A DNA stretch of 61,734 nucleotides, the filler included, from a bacterium (lineage in GTDB: Bacteria; JALSQH01), in NCBI GenBank assembly GCA_026985515.1. It is 9 parts of 9 records of this genome, joined end to end, with 100 filler letters (N's around TTAATTAATTAA, not from the genome) between each part and the next. Parts side by side here need not be neighbours in the genome. Positions count along the whole stretch, not along the records: positions 6,993 to 13,864 come from JALSQH010000241.1; positions 13,965 to 20,756 come from JALSQH010000242.1; 7 more parts are not named here. One strand, written 5' to 3'. The notes beneath the pieces are model-generated. The model searched no databases. It was not told where the DNA came from and saw nothing but the letters and a program-made list of their open reading frames with translations. The translations under genes were made by a program, and so were the position numbers. Shown in pieces: positions 9,917 to 18,157 of this stretch; position 1 is the stretch's first letter; each line of letters opens with the position of its first letter.

Positions 9917-10810
9917 TCATTTGAAAACAATTGCAATTTTAAGAACTGAAGAAGGAAAATTTATACCTGTTTTTTCAGCTATAATACCATTAATATAAAT
10001 TGCCACAGGGGGATCAGCTCTTGGTATGTGATCAGCCCTTACCCCGGCAAGGATCTTTCTTACCATAACAGCAGCAAGTCTTCCCACCCTACCATAATCA
10101 GGTGCCACAGCAATTAGTGCTCCCGCCTTCACTATCACAGGGGAAAACGCTATCAAAGGCTTACCCTGTGCAACGCATTTCAGTATTACCATTTTTATAA
10201 AAGCGGGATTTAAAAATAGAGGGTCAAACAGTAACCAGAATGCCTGATCAGTTGAAAGCAAACTGAAAAAGGATGAGGTGAGCATTGAGGTTGAATTGAC
10301 CTCAATACCATCAACTTTTATCCCATATCTCCCGGCATACTTTTTAAGAGACCTGAAATCGTCCTTTGTTTTCGGAGAGTACAGGACACCTATTGACTTT
10401 ACCGACGAAAGAGCACTGGAAATGTATTTAACCTGTGTAGAAAATGGTACACTGTTACGAATTCCTGTAATATTCCCTGCATCAGGGGGTATTTCCTCTT
10501 CATGAAGAATTAAAGAATAAACGGCAGGAATATGGGGGAATTTATCTAAAACAAAATGAAGAGCCTTCCCGCCCACCACAAAAAAAACGCGGGGAGAATC
10601 CATCTTCAAAAGAACATATACCTTATCTTCCCCATCCTTCAAATTAAAAACTTTGTATGAAGTATGAACAGAAGCTATAAATGAAGCAATTACCTGATTG
10701 AATGTGGAAAGATTTCCAGAGGAGACCACTGCCACATCATAGGCACTGAGTGTGAAAGTGGACAGCAAACTGACGATCAGGATAGCTGTTAAAAACTTTT
10801 TCATTTTCAT
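9917..10810 (-). CDS. ABC transporter substrate-binding-like periplasmic protein
   Basis: Signal peptide; VKSIGVLYSP, GALIAVAPDY..VGRLAA..KILAG pattern; start approximate. Confidence 0.7.
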   Translation of the reverse strand: MKMKKFLTAILIVSLLSTFTLSAYDVAVVSSGNLSTFNQVIASFIASVHTSYKVFNLKDGEDKVYVLLKMDSPRVFFVVGGKALHFVLDKFPHIPAVYSLILHEEEIPPDAGNITGIRNSVPFSTQVKYISSALSSVKSIGVLYSPKTKDDFRSLKKYAGRYGIKVDGIEVNSTSMLTSSFFSLLSTDQAFWLLFDPLFLNPAFIKMVILKCVAQGKPLIAFSPVIVKAGALIAVAPDYGRVGRLAAVMVRKILAGVRADHIPRADPPVAIYINGIIAEKTGINFPSSVLKIAIVFK

Positions 10811-10854
10811 ACTAATTTTATGCAAATCTGGAAAAAAAAGCAAATAATGTTAAA

Positions 10855-11652
10855 ATGGATATGGAAGAAATGGATAGAAATTACAGCGAGCGATTTATAA
10901 TTTCTTTTCTATTTGCCACCTTAATCTATACTCTCCTCCTTCACTATCTTGCGAACCTGAAGTTCAATCTGGTAAGGGAAAAAAGTCCCACACCAGCACC
11001 TGTAGAGGTCACTTTGGTTGAAAAGAAAAATCATCAGATAGTGGATGTTCCTCCAGTCAGGTTACAGGCTGTAAGTAAACATCACAGGACTTATCTTTCA
11101 AAAAAAAACCAGATTACACCAGAAAATATGGTATCCAGGATAAAGGGACCGCCAGAAAATAAGACATCCCGGATCCAAAGCAAAGTGGAAAGAATTGCCC
11201 CTCCCGAAAAAAAACTGGCTCTCTCCAGGATAAAATCACTGCTCCCTTCCCCCTCCCGTGTCAATCAAATTTCCACACAGGACAACATAATCAGGGAAAA
11301 AATTGGTCCCTTTACTCTCATATCCACAGTTTCATCTGAAATTGCCAGATTCGTTATTACTCAAGGAAGAAGAGTATTGAGAGTTCTTGAAGAAAACATC
11401 GAAAATTACACATGGTTTTTCACTGATATTTACACATTTAAAAGGGAAGCCATCGTAAAAGTTTCATTTTCCCCTGACGGCAAAATAGAAAAAATTGACC
11501 TTATTCAGTCATCGGGATCCCATAAGGTTGATAGAGTCCTCTATTACTCTGTTAAAGGTGGACTTATTGAAATCGCTCCTCCTGGAGGAAAAAGCCTTAA
11601 ACTGGAGTTCATTCTTGGTAAAAATTACTTGAAGATTGTTGCAGGAAAGTAA
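10855..11652 (+). CDS. TonB/TolA C-terminal-domain membrane protein
   Basis: N-terminal TM helix, Pro/Lys-rich linker, DGKIEKIDLIQSSGSHKVDR motif. Confidence 0.55.
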   Translation: MDMEEMDRNYSERFIISFLFATLIYTLLLHYLANLKFNLVREKSPTPAPVEVTLVEKKNHQIVDVPPVRLQAVSKHHRTYLSKKNQITPENMVSRIKGPPENKTSRIQSKVERIAPPEKKLALSRIKSLLPSPSRVNQISTQDNIIREKIGPFTLISTVSSEIARFVITQGRRVLRVLEENIENYTWFFTDIYTFKREAIVKVSFSPDGKIEKIDLIQSSGSHKVDRVLYYSVKGGLIEIAPPGGKSLKLEFILGKNYLKIVAGK

Positions 11653-11653
11653 A

Positions 11654-12868
11654 ATGCACATATTTCACATACCATCGTGGTATCCCTCAGGGGTAAATTC
11701 AAATTTTGGAATTTTTATAAAAGAAGAAATAGAGTTCCTGTCACGCTACACAGACATATACAATTCTGTTGCAGTCTGGGGACAGGAAAGATGTTTAATA
11801 AGGAAAATATCTTATAGAAACCCTCTTTCACTTTTATCACTATTGAAATGCGGGAAAAGAAGAATTGTTCAGGAAAATGAGAGAATGGTCGAAATTCACA
11901 GACCCGTTGTATACTGGAGCCACAGGTTCTTTTCCGGAAACATAATGAGAATTACAATGGCTGTGAGAGAAATGGTAAAAAAAGCAGAGAAACTGTTCGG
12001 GAAAGCAGACATAATTCATGCCCATGTATCCTATCCGGCTGGATATGTTGCCATGATCCTTTCAGAAGAATTGAAAATTCCCTTCATATTAAGTGAACAC
12101 ATGGGACCATTTCCGCTCAGAAATTTCGTTGATAGAAATGGAGCCATATCAGATGTTGTGACACAGCCAATTAAAAGGGCAAAAAGAGTTATTACAGTCA
12201 GCTCCTTCCTTGCAGGAGAGGTAGAAAAAAAGACAGGTATAAAATCTGTAATTATACCCAATCCTGTTAATGAAAAATTTTTCGAGTGCTCTATAAAAAA
12301 TAAGAAGAGCAGGAAAAAGCCCTTTACCTTTCTCTTTGTGGGTAGCTTCACGAAGGATAAAGGTTTCGACCTCCTTGTGGAAAGTGTGAAAATTCTTTCA
12401 AAAGAAACAGATAATTTTACTGTGATATCTGCTGGCGATAAAAACATAAAAAGATTTCATAATCTTGTTCCCAATTCTCTCAGAAAATATTTTAAAATCA
12501 CCGGAATTATCCCCCACAGAGAACTTCCAGAACTTCTATCAGAAGCAGATGCTCTGGTTCATCCAAGCAGATTTGAAACTTTCGGCCTGGTGGTGGCTGA
12601 AGCTCTGGCATGCGGAAAACCTGTGGTGGTAACGAAATGTGGTGGACCAGAAGAATTAGTTGAACCATCTATGGGGTATGTGGTCGATAAAAAACCAGAA
12701 AATATATCTGAAGCCATGAAAAAGATAAAAAATAATTACACCTTATTTGATCCTGAAGAAATAAGCAGGAAAATAAAGTCAAAGTTTCATCCAGAAGTCG
12801 TAACACAAAAAATGTATGAGCTTTACAGAGAAGTTGTTGAAGAAACAGGCGTTAATCAATATAATTAA
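11654..12868 (+). CDS. Glycosyltransferase family 4
   Basis: HIPSWYP, DIIHAH, PSRFETFGLVVAEALACGKPVV. Confidence 0.88.
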   Translation: MHIFHIPSWYPSGVNSNFGIFIKEEIEFLSRYTDIYNSVAVWGQERCLIRKISYRNPLSLLSLLKCGKRRIVQENERMVEIHRPVVYWSHRFFSGNIMRITMAVREMVKKAEKLFGKADIIHAHVSYPAGYVAMILSEELKIPFILSEHMGPFPLRNFVDRNGAISDVVTQPIKRAKRVITVSSFLAGEVEKKTGIKSVIIPNPVNEKFFECSIKNKKSRKKPFTFLFVGSFTKDKGFDLLVESVKILSKETDNFTVISAGDKNIKRFHNLVPNSLRKYFKITGIIPHRELPELLSEADALVHPSRFETFGLVVAEALACGKPVVVTKCGGPEELVEPSMGYVVDKKPENISEAMKKIKNNYTLFDPEEISRKIKSKFHPEVVTQKMYELYREVVEETGVNQYN

Positions 12869-12871
12869 CCT

Positions 12872-13681
12872 GTGGTTGATCAGAAATTGATTGATTTAGC
12901 CAGAGAAACTTTGCTGAAAAAAACCAACATTGCCGTATTGACAGGGTCAGGTATTTCTGCAGAAAGTGGAATTCCAACTTTCAGAGGAGAAGATGGGCTC
13001 TGGAAAAAATACTCTCCTGAGGAATTTGGTACCGTACCCGGCCTTCTCCTCCAATTCGCAAAAAATCCCAGAAGAATAATTGAATTTGCCCTCAATCTGC
13101 TGGAAGTTTTCACAAAGGCTCAACCAAATCCCGGGCATATAGCTCTGGCAAGGCTGGAACAGAAATATCGCAAGAATGTTACCATCATAACTCAAAACAT
13201 TGATGACCTTCACGAAATCGCAGGCAATACCAATGTACTGAAACTACATGGTGATCTCTTCAGATTGAGATGTATCAAATGTGGCCACAGGGAAAAAATT
13301 GACAGAGAATACCTCGAGAACTACATGAAAAAACTCAGAGATATACTGAGTTCTCCGCTGAAGATTGTCAAAGAAGGCAAAGAACTTCTACCGCGATGCC
13401 CAGAATGTGGCGGTATAATGCGACCCGATGTGGTTTTCTTTGGTGAAGCACTTCCACAGAAGGAGCTCTCTTTAGCCTATATTGCAGTAGATGCTGCAGA
13501 AGTGATGCTTGTAATAGGAACTTCTGGAGAAGTCTATCCCGCAAATACCCTTCCCTACAGAGCCAAACAGAATGGTGCAACAGTTATTGAAGTCAATCCC
13601 CAGAGAACAATCTTCTCTGATATGGTTGATATTTTTATTGAGGGGAAGGCTGGAGAAGTTCTACCCAGAATAATTCCCTGA
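12872..13681 (+). CDS. cobB: NAD-dependent protein deacylase (sirtuin)
   Basis: LTGSGISAESGIPTFRG, TQNIDDLH, LHG, two CxxC pairs, RPDVVFFGE, GTSGEVYPA. Confidence 0.93.
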   Translation: MVDQKLIDLARETLLKKTNIAVLTGSGISAESGIPTFRGEDGLWKKYSPEEFGTVPGLLLQFAKNPRRIIEFALNLLEVFTKAQPNPGHIALARLEQKYRKNVTIITQNIDDLHEIAGNTNVLKLHGDLFRLRCIKCGHREKIDREYLENYMKKLRDILSSPLKIVKEGKELLPRCPECGGIMRPDVVFFGEALPQKELSLAYIAVDAAEVMLVIGTSGEVYPANTLPYRAKQNGATVIEVNPQRTIFSDMVDIFIEGKAGEVLPRIIP

Positions 13682-13864
13682 TCACAACAATCCCTTCCTC
13701 TTCAAATATTCAAGTAGTTTTCTGATTGCCCTTCCCCTGTGGCTGATTCTATCCTTCTCCTCAGGGGAAAGTTCGGCCATTGTTCTGCCATACTCTGGCA
13801 GATAAAAAAGCGGATCATAACCAAAACCCTCCTCTCCTCTCGCCTCAAGAGTTATGACTCCATC
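13682..13864 (-). CDS. rdgB: Non-canonical purine NTP pyrophosphatase, C-terminal fragment (not in ORF track)
   Basis: Manual translation [46 protein letters not shown]...; GFGYDP and SHR motifs. Confidence 0.92.
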   Translation of the reverse strand, partial: DGVITLEARGEEGFGYDPLFYLPEYGRTMAELSPEEKDRISHRGRAIRKLLEYLKRKGLL

Positions 13865-13964
13865 NNNNNNNNNNNNNNNNNNNNNNNNNNNNNNNNNNNN
13901 NNNNNNNNTTAATTAATTAANNNNNNNNNNNNNNNNNNNNNNNNNNNNNNNNNNNNNNNNNNNN
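13865..13964. other. Artificial contig linker
   Basis: N-run with TTAATTAATTAA. Confidence 0.99.
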
Positions 13965-13966
13965 GA

Positions 13967-14911
13967 GAATTAGAGCAAAAGTATGAAGAGTTTCAGGTAA
14001 GAAGTTTTAAGGAATTTTCGCAGAAACTCGCTGAGAAAGAGTCTACCAGAAGACGGATAAATGACATTTTAAAAGAACTGCGTGAAAGAGTTAGCACATT
14101 TTCGGGACAGAATACACTTAGGGCTACTGGAAAAATTGAAAATTTTGCAGAGAAAATTCTAAATAATAATAGAGACCTGCTGGAAATGGAACTACCAGAT
14201 TATTCTGAGGAAGAAATAAGCAGAATCAGAGAAGACTTATCAGAGATTCAGTCAAAAATTGATGCCATCAATCGTAAGAGAAGCGAACTTTCAGAAAAGT
14301 TATCACATATCTCAGCTGACATTGAATTAATCCTTGGGAAACCACTTCCCCTTAACTCTGAAAGTGACCTTGAACAGGCCAGAAGCGAACTGAAAAGTTT
14401 CATTGAGGGCGTTGAAAAGAAAAAAAGAATGGCAGAAACATTAATTGAAATTCATGAAAGATTGAAGAAGGAAGAAGAGGACAGAATAAAGGAGATTTTT
14501 GAAGGTAATGGTGAGTTGCGGCAGAAATTCTCAGAAATCACAGATGGAAGATATGTGGAAGTTAACTATACCCGTGAGGGAATAAAAGTTAAAACCAGGG
14601 ATGCTGTTTTACTCTCCCCTGAACAGCTCTCAGGAGGAACCTTTGATCAGCTCTACTTCATGATACGACTCGTACTCGGTAACAGAATTTTCCCTGAAGA
14701 AAAGGGATTTTTTATTGTTGATGATCCATTTTTAAAATATGACACAGATCGTTTAATAAAACAATTTCAGGTACTCAAAAAATTTGTTGAAGAAGGATGG
14801 CAGGTTATCTACTTCACAGCAAAAGAGGAAATAAGATCAGCAACTGAAGCAACTTTCGGAAGAAATTACAACTACATAGAATTGAAAAATTTAACACTGT
14901 TCTCCCAGTAA
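13967..14911 (+). CDS. YhaN/SbcC-like coiled-coil ABC ATPase, C-terminal part
   Basis: Coiled coil then LSGGTFDQLYFMIRL signature and FIVDDPF Walker B; frame open from 13967. Confidence 0.85.
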   Translation, partial: ELEQKYEEFQVRSFKEFSQKLAEKESTRRRINDILKELRERVSTFSGQNTLRATGKIENFAEKILNNNRDLLEMELPDYSEEEISRIREDLSEIQSKIDAINRKRSELSEKLSHISADIELILGKPLPLNSESDLEQARSELKSFIEGVEKKKRMAETLIEIHERLKKEEEDRIKEIFEGNGELRQKFSEITDGRYVEVNYTREGIKVKTRDAVLLSPEQLSGGTFDQLYFMIRLVLGNRIFPEEKGFFIVDDPFLKYDTDRLIKQFQVLKKFVEEGWQVIYFTAKEEIRSATEATFGRNYNYIELKNLTLFSQ

Positions 14912-16146
14912 AGATCCAGAACATCAGTATGGGCAAGAGATAAGAAGTTAGCCTCAAAACCTGAAGGCGGAATAAGAACTCCATGCTCAATCTGGTAATT
15001 GAAAAACGCACTGAATTTTTTCTTATCCTGCTGTGAAACTTCTTTAAAATTACGAGGTTCCCTCTCCGTAAAAAACATGGTAAACATTGTTCCTTCCTGC
15101 ACAAATGTTGCTCCCCTGATCCGATCTTTACTCTTTTCATAAAATTCTCTCATCTTTTCCACCACTTTATGCCATTTATCCAGATTCTTCTGGAGGTAAT
15201 CAAGAGTTGCCCAGCCCGCCGCCATCGCCACAGGATTGCCGGATAATGTTCCTGCCTGATAGACTTCTCCCTCCGGTGCAACCATTTCCATTATTTCTTT
15301 CTTACCACCATAGGCACCAACGGGAAAACCTCCCCCAATAACCTTTCCCAGTGTTACCAGATCAGGTTCAATCCCTGTTTTTTCCACAGCCCCTCCCGGT
15401 GAAACGCGAAAACCAGTCATTACCTCATCAAATATAAGAACTGCACCATACTTATCAGTAACACTCCTGAGGGTTTCAAGGAAACCATCAACAGGTCTGA
15501 CAACCCCCATATTTCCCGCCACCGGTTCAACAATCACTGCTCCAATCTGACTCCCATATTTTTCAAAAAGCTCTTTTACCCCCTGAATGTCGTTGTATTC
15601 AAGGACAAGAGTTTTTGAAACAACTTCTTCAGGTATTCCAGGTGTTCCGGGAAGGGAAAGAGTTGCCACACCTGACCCTGCACTCACAAGAAGATAATCT
15701 ACATGACCATGGTAACATCCATTAAATTTCACCACATATTCCTTTCCTGTGTAAGCTCTGGCAAGCCTGATGGCACTCATCGTGGCTTCTGTTCCGGAAT
15801 TTACAAATCTTAACTTCTCTATGTGTGGCATGAACTCCTTTATTTTTTCAGCAAGCTTGATTTCCCACTCAGTAGTCAAACCAAAACTTGTACCCTGCGA
15901 AACCACCTTCTGCACTACTTCCACAACATATGGATGCGCATGACCCAGGAGAAGCGGTCCCCATGAAAGGATAAAATCAACATACCTGTTCCCATCAGCA
16001 TCGTAAAGATATGGACCCTTTCCCTTTTCAGCTATCACCGGCTCAGAATCAACATTTTTAAAAGCTCTGACAGGACTATTCACACCTCCAGGAAAGAGAT
16101 TTCTGGCTTTTGAATAAATCATTTCAGATTTTTCTATTTTTCTCAT
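14872..16146 (-). CDS. hemL: Glutamate-1-semialdehyde 2,1-aminomutase
   Basis: PGGVNSPVRAF, NSGTEATMSAIRLAR, FDEVMTGFR, GKVIGGGFPVGAYGG, YQAGTLSGNP. Confidence 0.97.
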   Translation of the reverse strand: MRKIEKSEMIYSKARNLFPGGVNSPVRAFKNVDSEPVIAEKGKGPYLYDADGNRYVDFILSWGPLLLGHAHPYVVEVVQKVVSQGTSFGLTTEWEIKLAEKIKEFMPHIEKLRFVNSGTEATMSAIRLARAYTGKEYVVKFNGCYHGHVDYLLVSAGSGVATLSLPGTPGIPEEVVSKTLVLEYNDIQGVKELFEKYGSQIGAVIVEPVAGNMGVVRPVDGFLETLRSVTDKYGAVLIFDEVMTGFRVSPGGAVEKTGIEPDLVTLGKVIGGGFPVGAYGGKKEIMEMVAPEGEVYQAGTLSGNPVAMAAGWATLDYLQKNLDKWHKVVEKMREFYEKSKDRIRGATFVQEGTMFTMFFTEREPRNFKEVSQQDKKKFSAFFNYQIEHGVLIPPSGFEANFLSLAHTDVLDLYWENSVKFFNSM

Positions 16147-16636
16147 AATCCTCTTTCCCCCTTTTTAAATACACTGGACTGGTCTTCTTCAACTCCTTTA
16201 CCGTTCTCAGTATCCGGAAATCGTCACACCTTAAATCATCAGCAAGAGACCGGATAAGTAAACCAAGCTCTTCATCGCTTTTTCCATGGATCATTGTGTA
16301 GAAGTTGTACTCCCATTTTCCCGGGTAAATTCTTCTGAAGTAAGCATGGGTAACCTGGGGATACTTTTTTATGATCTCCTCAACACTGTCCACCATTTCT
16401 CCTCCAAGTCTCCATACAACCATTGCATTTGCTGAATATCCCGCTTTTCTGTGTCTTATTACCGCTCCCACCCTTCTGAGAATCCCCCTGTCAAGAAGTC
16501 TTTTCACAATCCCAACAACCTTTTCTTCAGATACCTGCAATTCACCTGCTATCTCCCGGAATGGGCTTTCTGTTAAAGGAAGGTCACCCTCAAGGAAAGC
16601 AAGAATTTTTTTCTCTTCCGAACTTAAATTACTCAT
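16124..16636 (-). CDS. ahbB: Siroheme decarboxylase beta subunit (AhbB/NirH-like, Lrp/AsnC fold)
   Basis: DLPLTESPF, RHRKAGYSANAMVVW, VTHAY.R, YNFYTMIHG, ELKKTS; co-oriented and overlapping hemL. Confidence 0.8.
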   Translation of the reverse strand: MSNLSSEEKKILAFLEGDLPLTESPFREIAGELQVSEEKVVGIVKRLLDRGILRRVGAVIRHRKAGYSANAMVVWRLGGEMVDSVEEIIKKYPQVTHAYFRRIYPGKWEYNFYTMIHGKSDEELGLLIRSLADDLRCDDFRILRTVKELKKTSPVYLKRGKEDYEKNRKI

Positions 16637-16715
16637 CTCTGTCTAAACCAATATGCAAAATAATTATACCCTCCTTGAAGCAAATTTCAATAAGACTGAG
16701 GCGGCTATTATTTCC

Positions 16716-16772
16716 TTGACAAACAATCCTTCATGTGTTTTAATAAACTTGAATATTGTATACAATATACAA
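16716..16772 (+). promoter_or_regulatory. gltA promoter (TTGACA) followed by palindromic operator
   Basis: TTGACA at 16716; perfect palindrome ATATTGTATACAATAT at 16753-16768 within a 25-mer identical to 56975-56999. Confidence 0.8.
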
Positions 16773-16798
16773 TTTGAAAACCAAAAAGGAGTGAAGAT

Positions 16799-18103
16799 AT
16801 GAAGTTAAAGGAAAAACTGAATGAAAAATTACAGCCATGGAGAGACGAGTTTAACAATCTCAGAAAGAACTATGCAGACGTTGTTGTAGATGAATCAACA
16901 ATTGGTAAGATTCTGGGTGGAATGAGAGGTCTGAAATCCCTCCTGTGTGAAACATCCTATCTTGATCCAATGGAGGGGATCAGATTCAGGGGTTACACAA
17001 TCCCAGAAGTAAGAGAAAAGCTCCCAAAACCAGGAAAAGAGCATGAACCATATCCAACCGGACTCTGGTTTTTACTCCTCACCGGTGAGATTCCCACAGA
17101 AGATGAGGTTCTGGAACTTGAAGAGGAAATGAAAAAGAGATGGGACATCCCACAGTATGTAGTTGATATTTTGAGGGCTGCGCCAACAGACACCCACCCA
17201 ATGACACTCTTTTCAATGGCAATTCTTTCTCTACAGAGAGAATCACAGTTCTTTAAAGCATATCAGTCAGGGGTACCAAAAAATGAATTATGGGAATATG
17301 CCTTTGAAGATTCACTTACCCTTGTTTCCAAACTTCCACGCATCGCTGCTTACATTTACAGAATGAAATACAGAGGAGATACCCACATTGATCCTGATCC
17401 AGAGCTTGACTGGGCGGCCAACTTTGCCCACATGTTAGGGGATGATGATCCTGTTTTCTACGATCTCATGAGGCTCTATCTTCTGATACACATGGACCAT
17501 GAGAGTGGTAATGTGAGTGCCCACACGGGACATCTCGTGGCATCAGCCCTCTCCGATCCATTCTATGCAATTTCTGCAGCGATGGATGGTCTTGCTGGGC
17601 CACTTCATGGACTCGCCAATCAGGAATGTCTCAAATGGATCCTTGATTTAATGGACAGGTATGGAGGTGTTCCAACAAAAGAACAGATTGAGGAATATGC
17701 ATGGGAGACACTTAACAGTGGTAGAGTAATTCCCGGTTACGGCCATGCTGTCCTGAGGCAGACAGATCCAAGGTACACAGCTCAGAGAGAATTTGCAATG
17801 AAGTATCTCGCCGATGATCCAGTTGTTCAGACAGTCATGAGGGTATATGAAGTTGTGCCTGAGGTTCTCAAAAAACATGGAAAAGCCAAGAATCCATGGC
17901 CAAATGTTGATGCTCACTCTGGATCACTGCTCTATCATTATGGAATCAGGGAATTTGAATTCTACACCGTCTTTTTTGGCGTATCAAGAAGCATGGGTAT
18001 TACAGCAGAAATTGTCTACGACAGAATCGTAAACTTCCCGATAGAGAGACCCAAGTCGCTCACAATGGCAATGTTGAAGGAGATAGCAGAGGGGAAAAAA
18101 TAA
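16799..18103 (+). CDS. gltA: Citrate (Si)-synthase, eukaryote-like/Geobacter type
   Basis: GGMRG, GIRFRG, DHESGNVSAH, GLAGPLHGLANQE, PGYGHAVLR, WPNVDAHSG, IERPKS. Confidence 0.95.
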   Translation: MKLKEKLNEKLQPWRDEFNNLRKNYADVVVDESTIGKILGGMRGLKSLLCETSYLDPMEGIRFRGYTIPEVREKLPKPGKEHEPYPTGLWFLLLTGEIPTEDEVLELEEEMKKRWDIPQYVVDILRAAPTDTHPMTLFSMAILSLQRESQFFKAYQSGVPKNELWEYAFEDSLTLVSKLPRIAAYIYRMKYRGDTHIDPDPELDWAANFAHMLGDDDPVFYDLMRLYLLIHMDHESGNVSAHTGHLVASALSDPFYAISAAMDGLAGPLHGLANQECLKWILDLMDRYGGVPTKEQIEEYAWETLNSGRVIPGYGHAVLRQTDPRYTAQREFAMKYLADDPVVQTVMRVYEVVPEVLKKHGKAKNPWPNVDAHSGSLLYHYGIREFEFYTVFFGVSRSMGITAEIVYDRIVNFPIERPKSLTMAMLKEIAEGKK

Positions 18104-18113
18104 GTTCTTTCAT

Positions 18114-18140
18114 GGAGGGGGAAACTGATCCCCCTCCTTT
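18114..18140 (+). terminator. Hairpin terminator after gltA
   Basis: GGAGGGGGA-aactga-TCCCCCTCC followed by TTT. Confidence 0.65.
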
Positions 18141-18157
18141 CCTGTCTAACATCAAAA

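Noticed and set aside
14872-14911. 40-bp convergent overlap of hemL and the YhaN-like gene
   Set aside because: Short 3' overlaps are ordinary in compact genomes.
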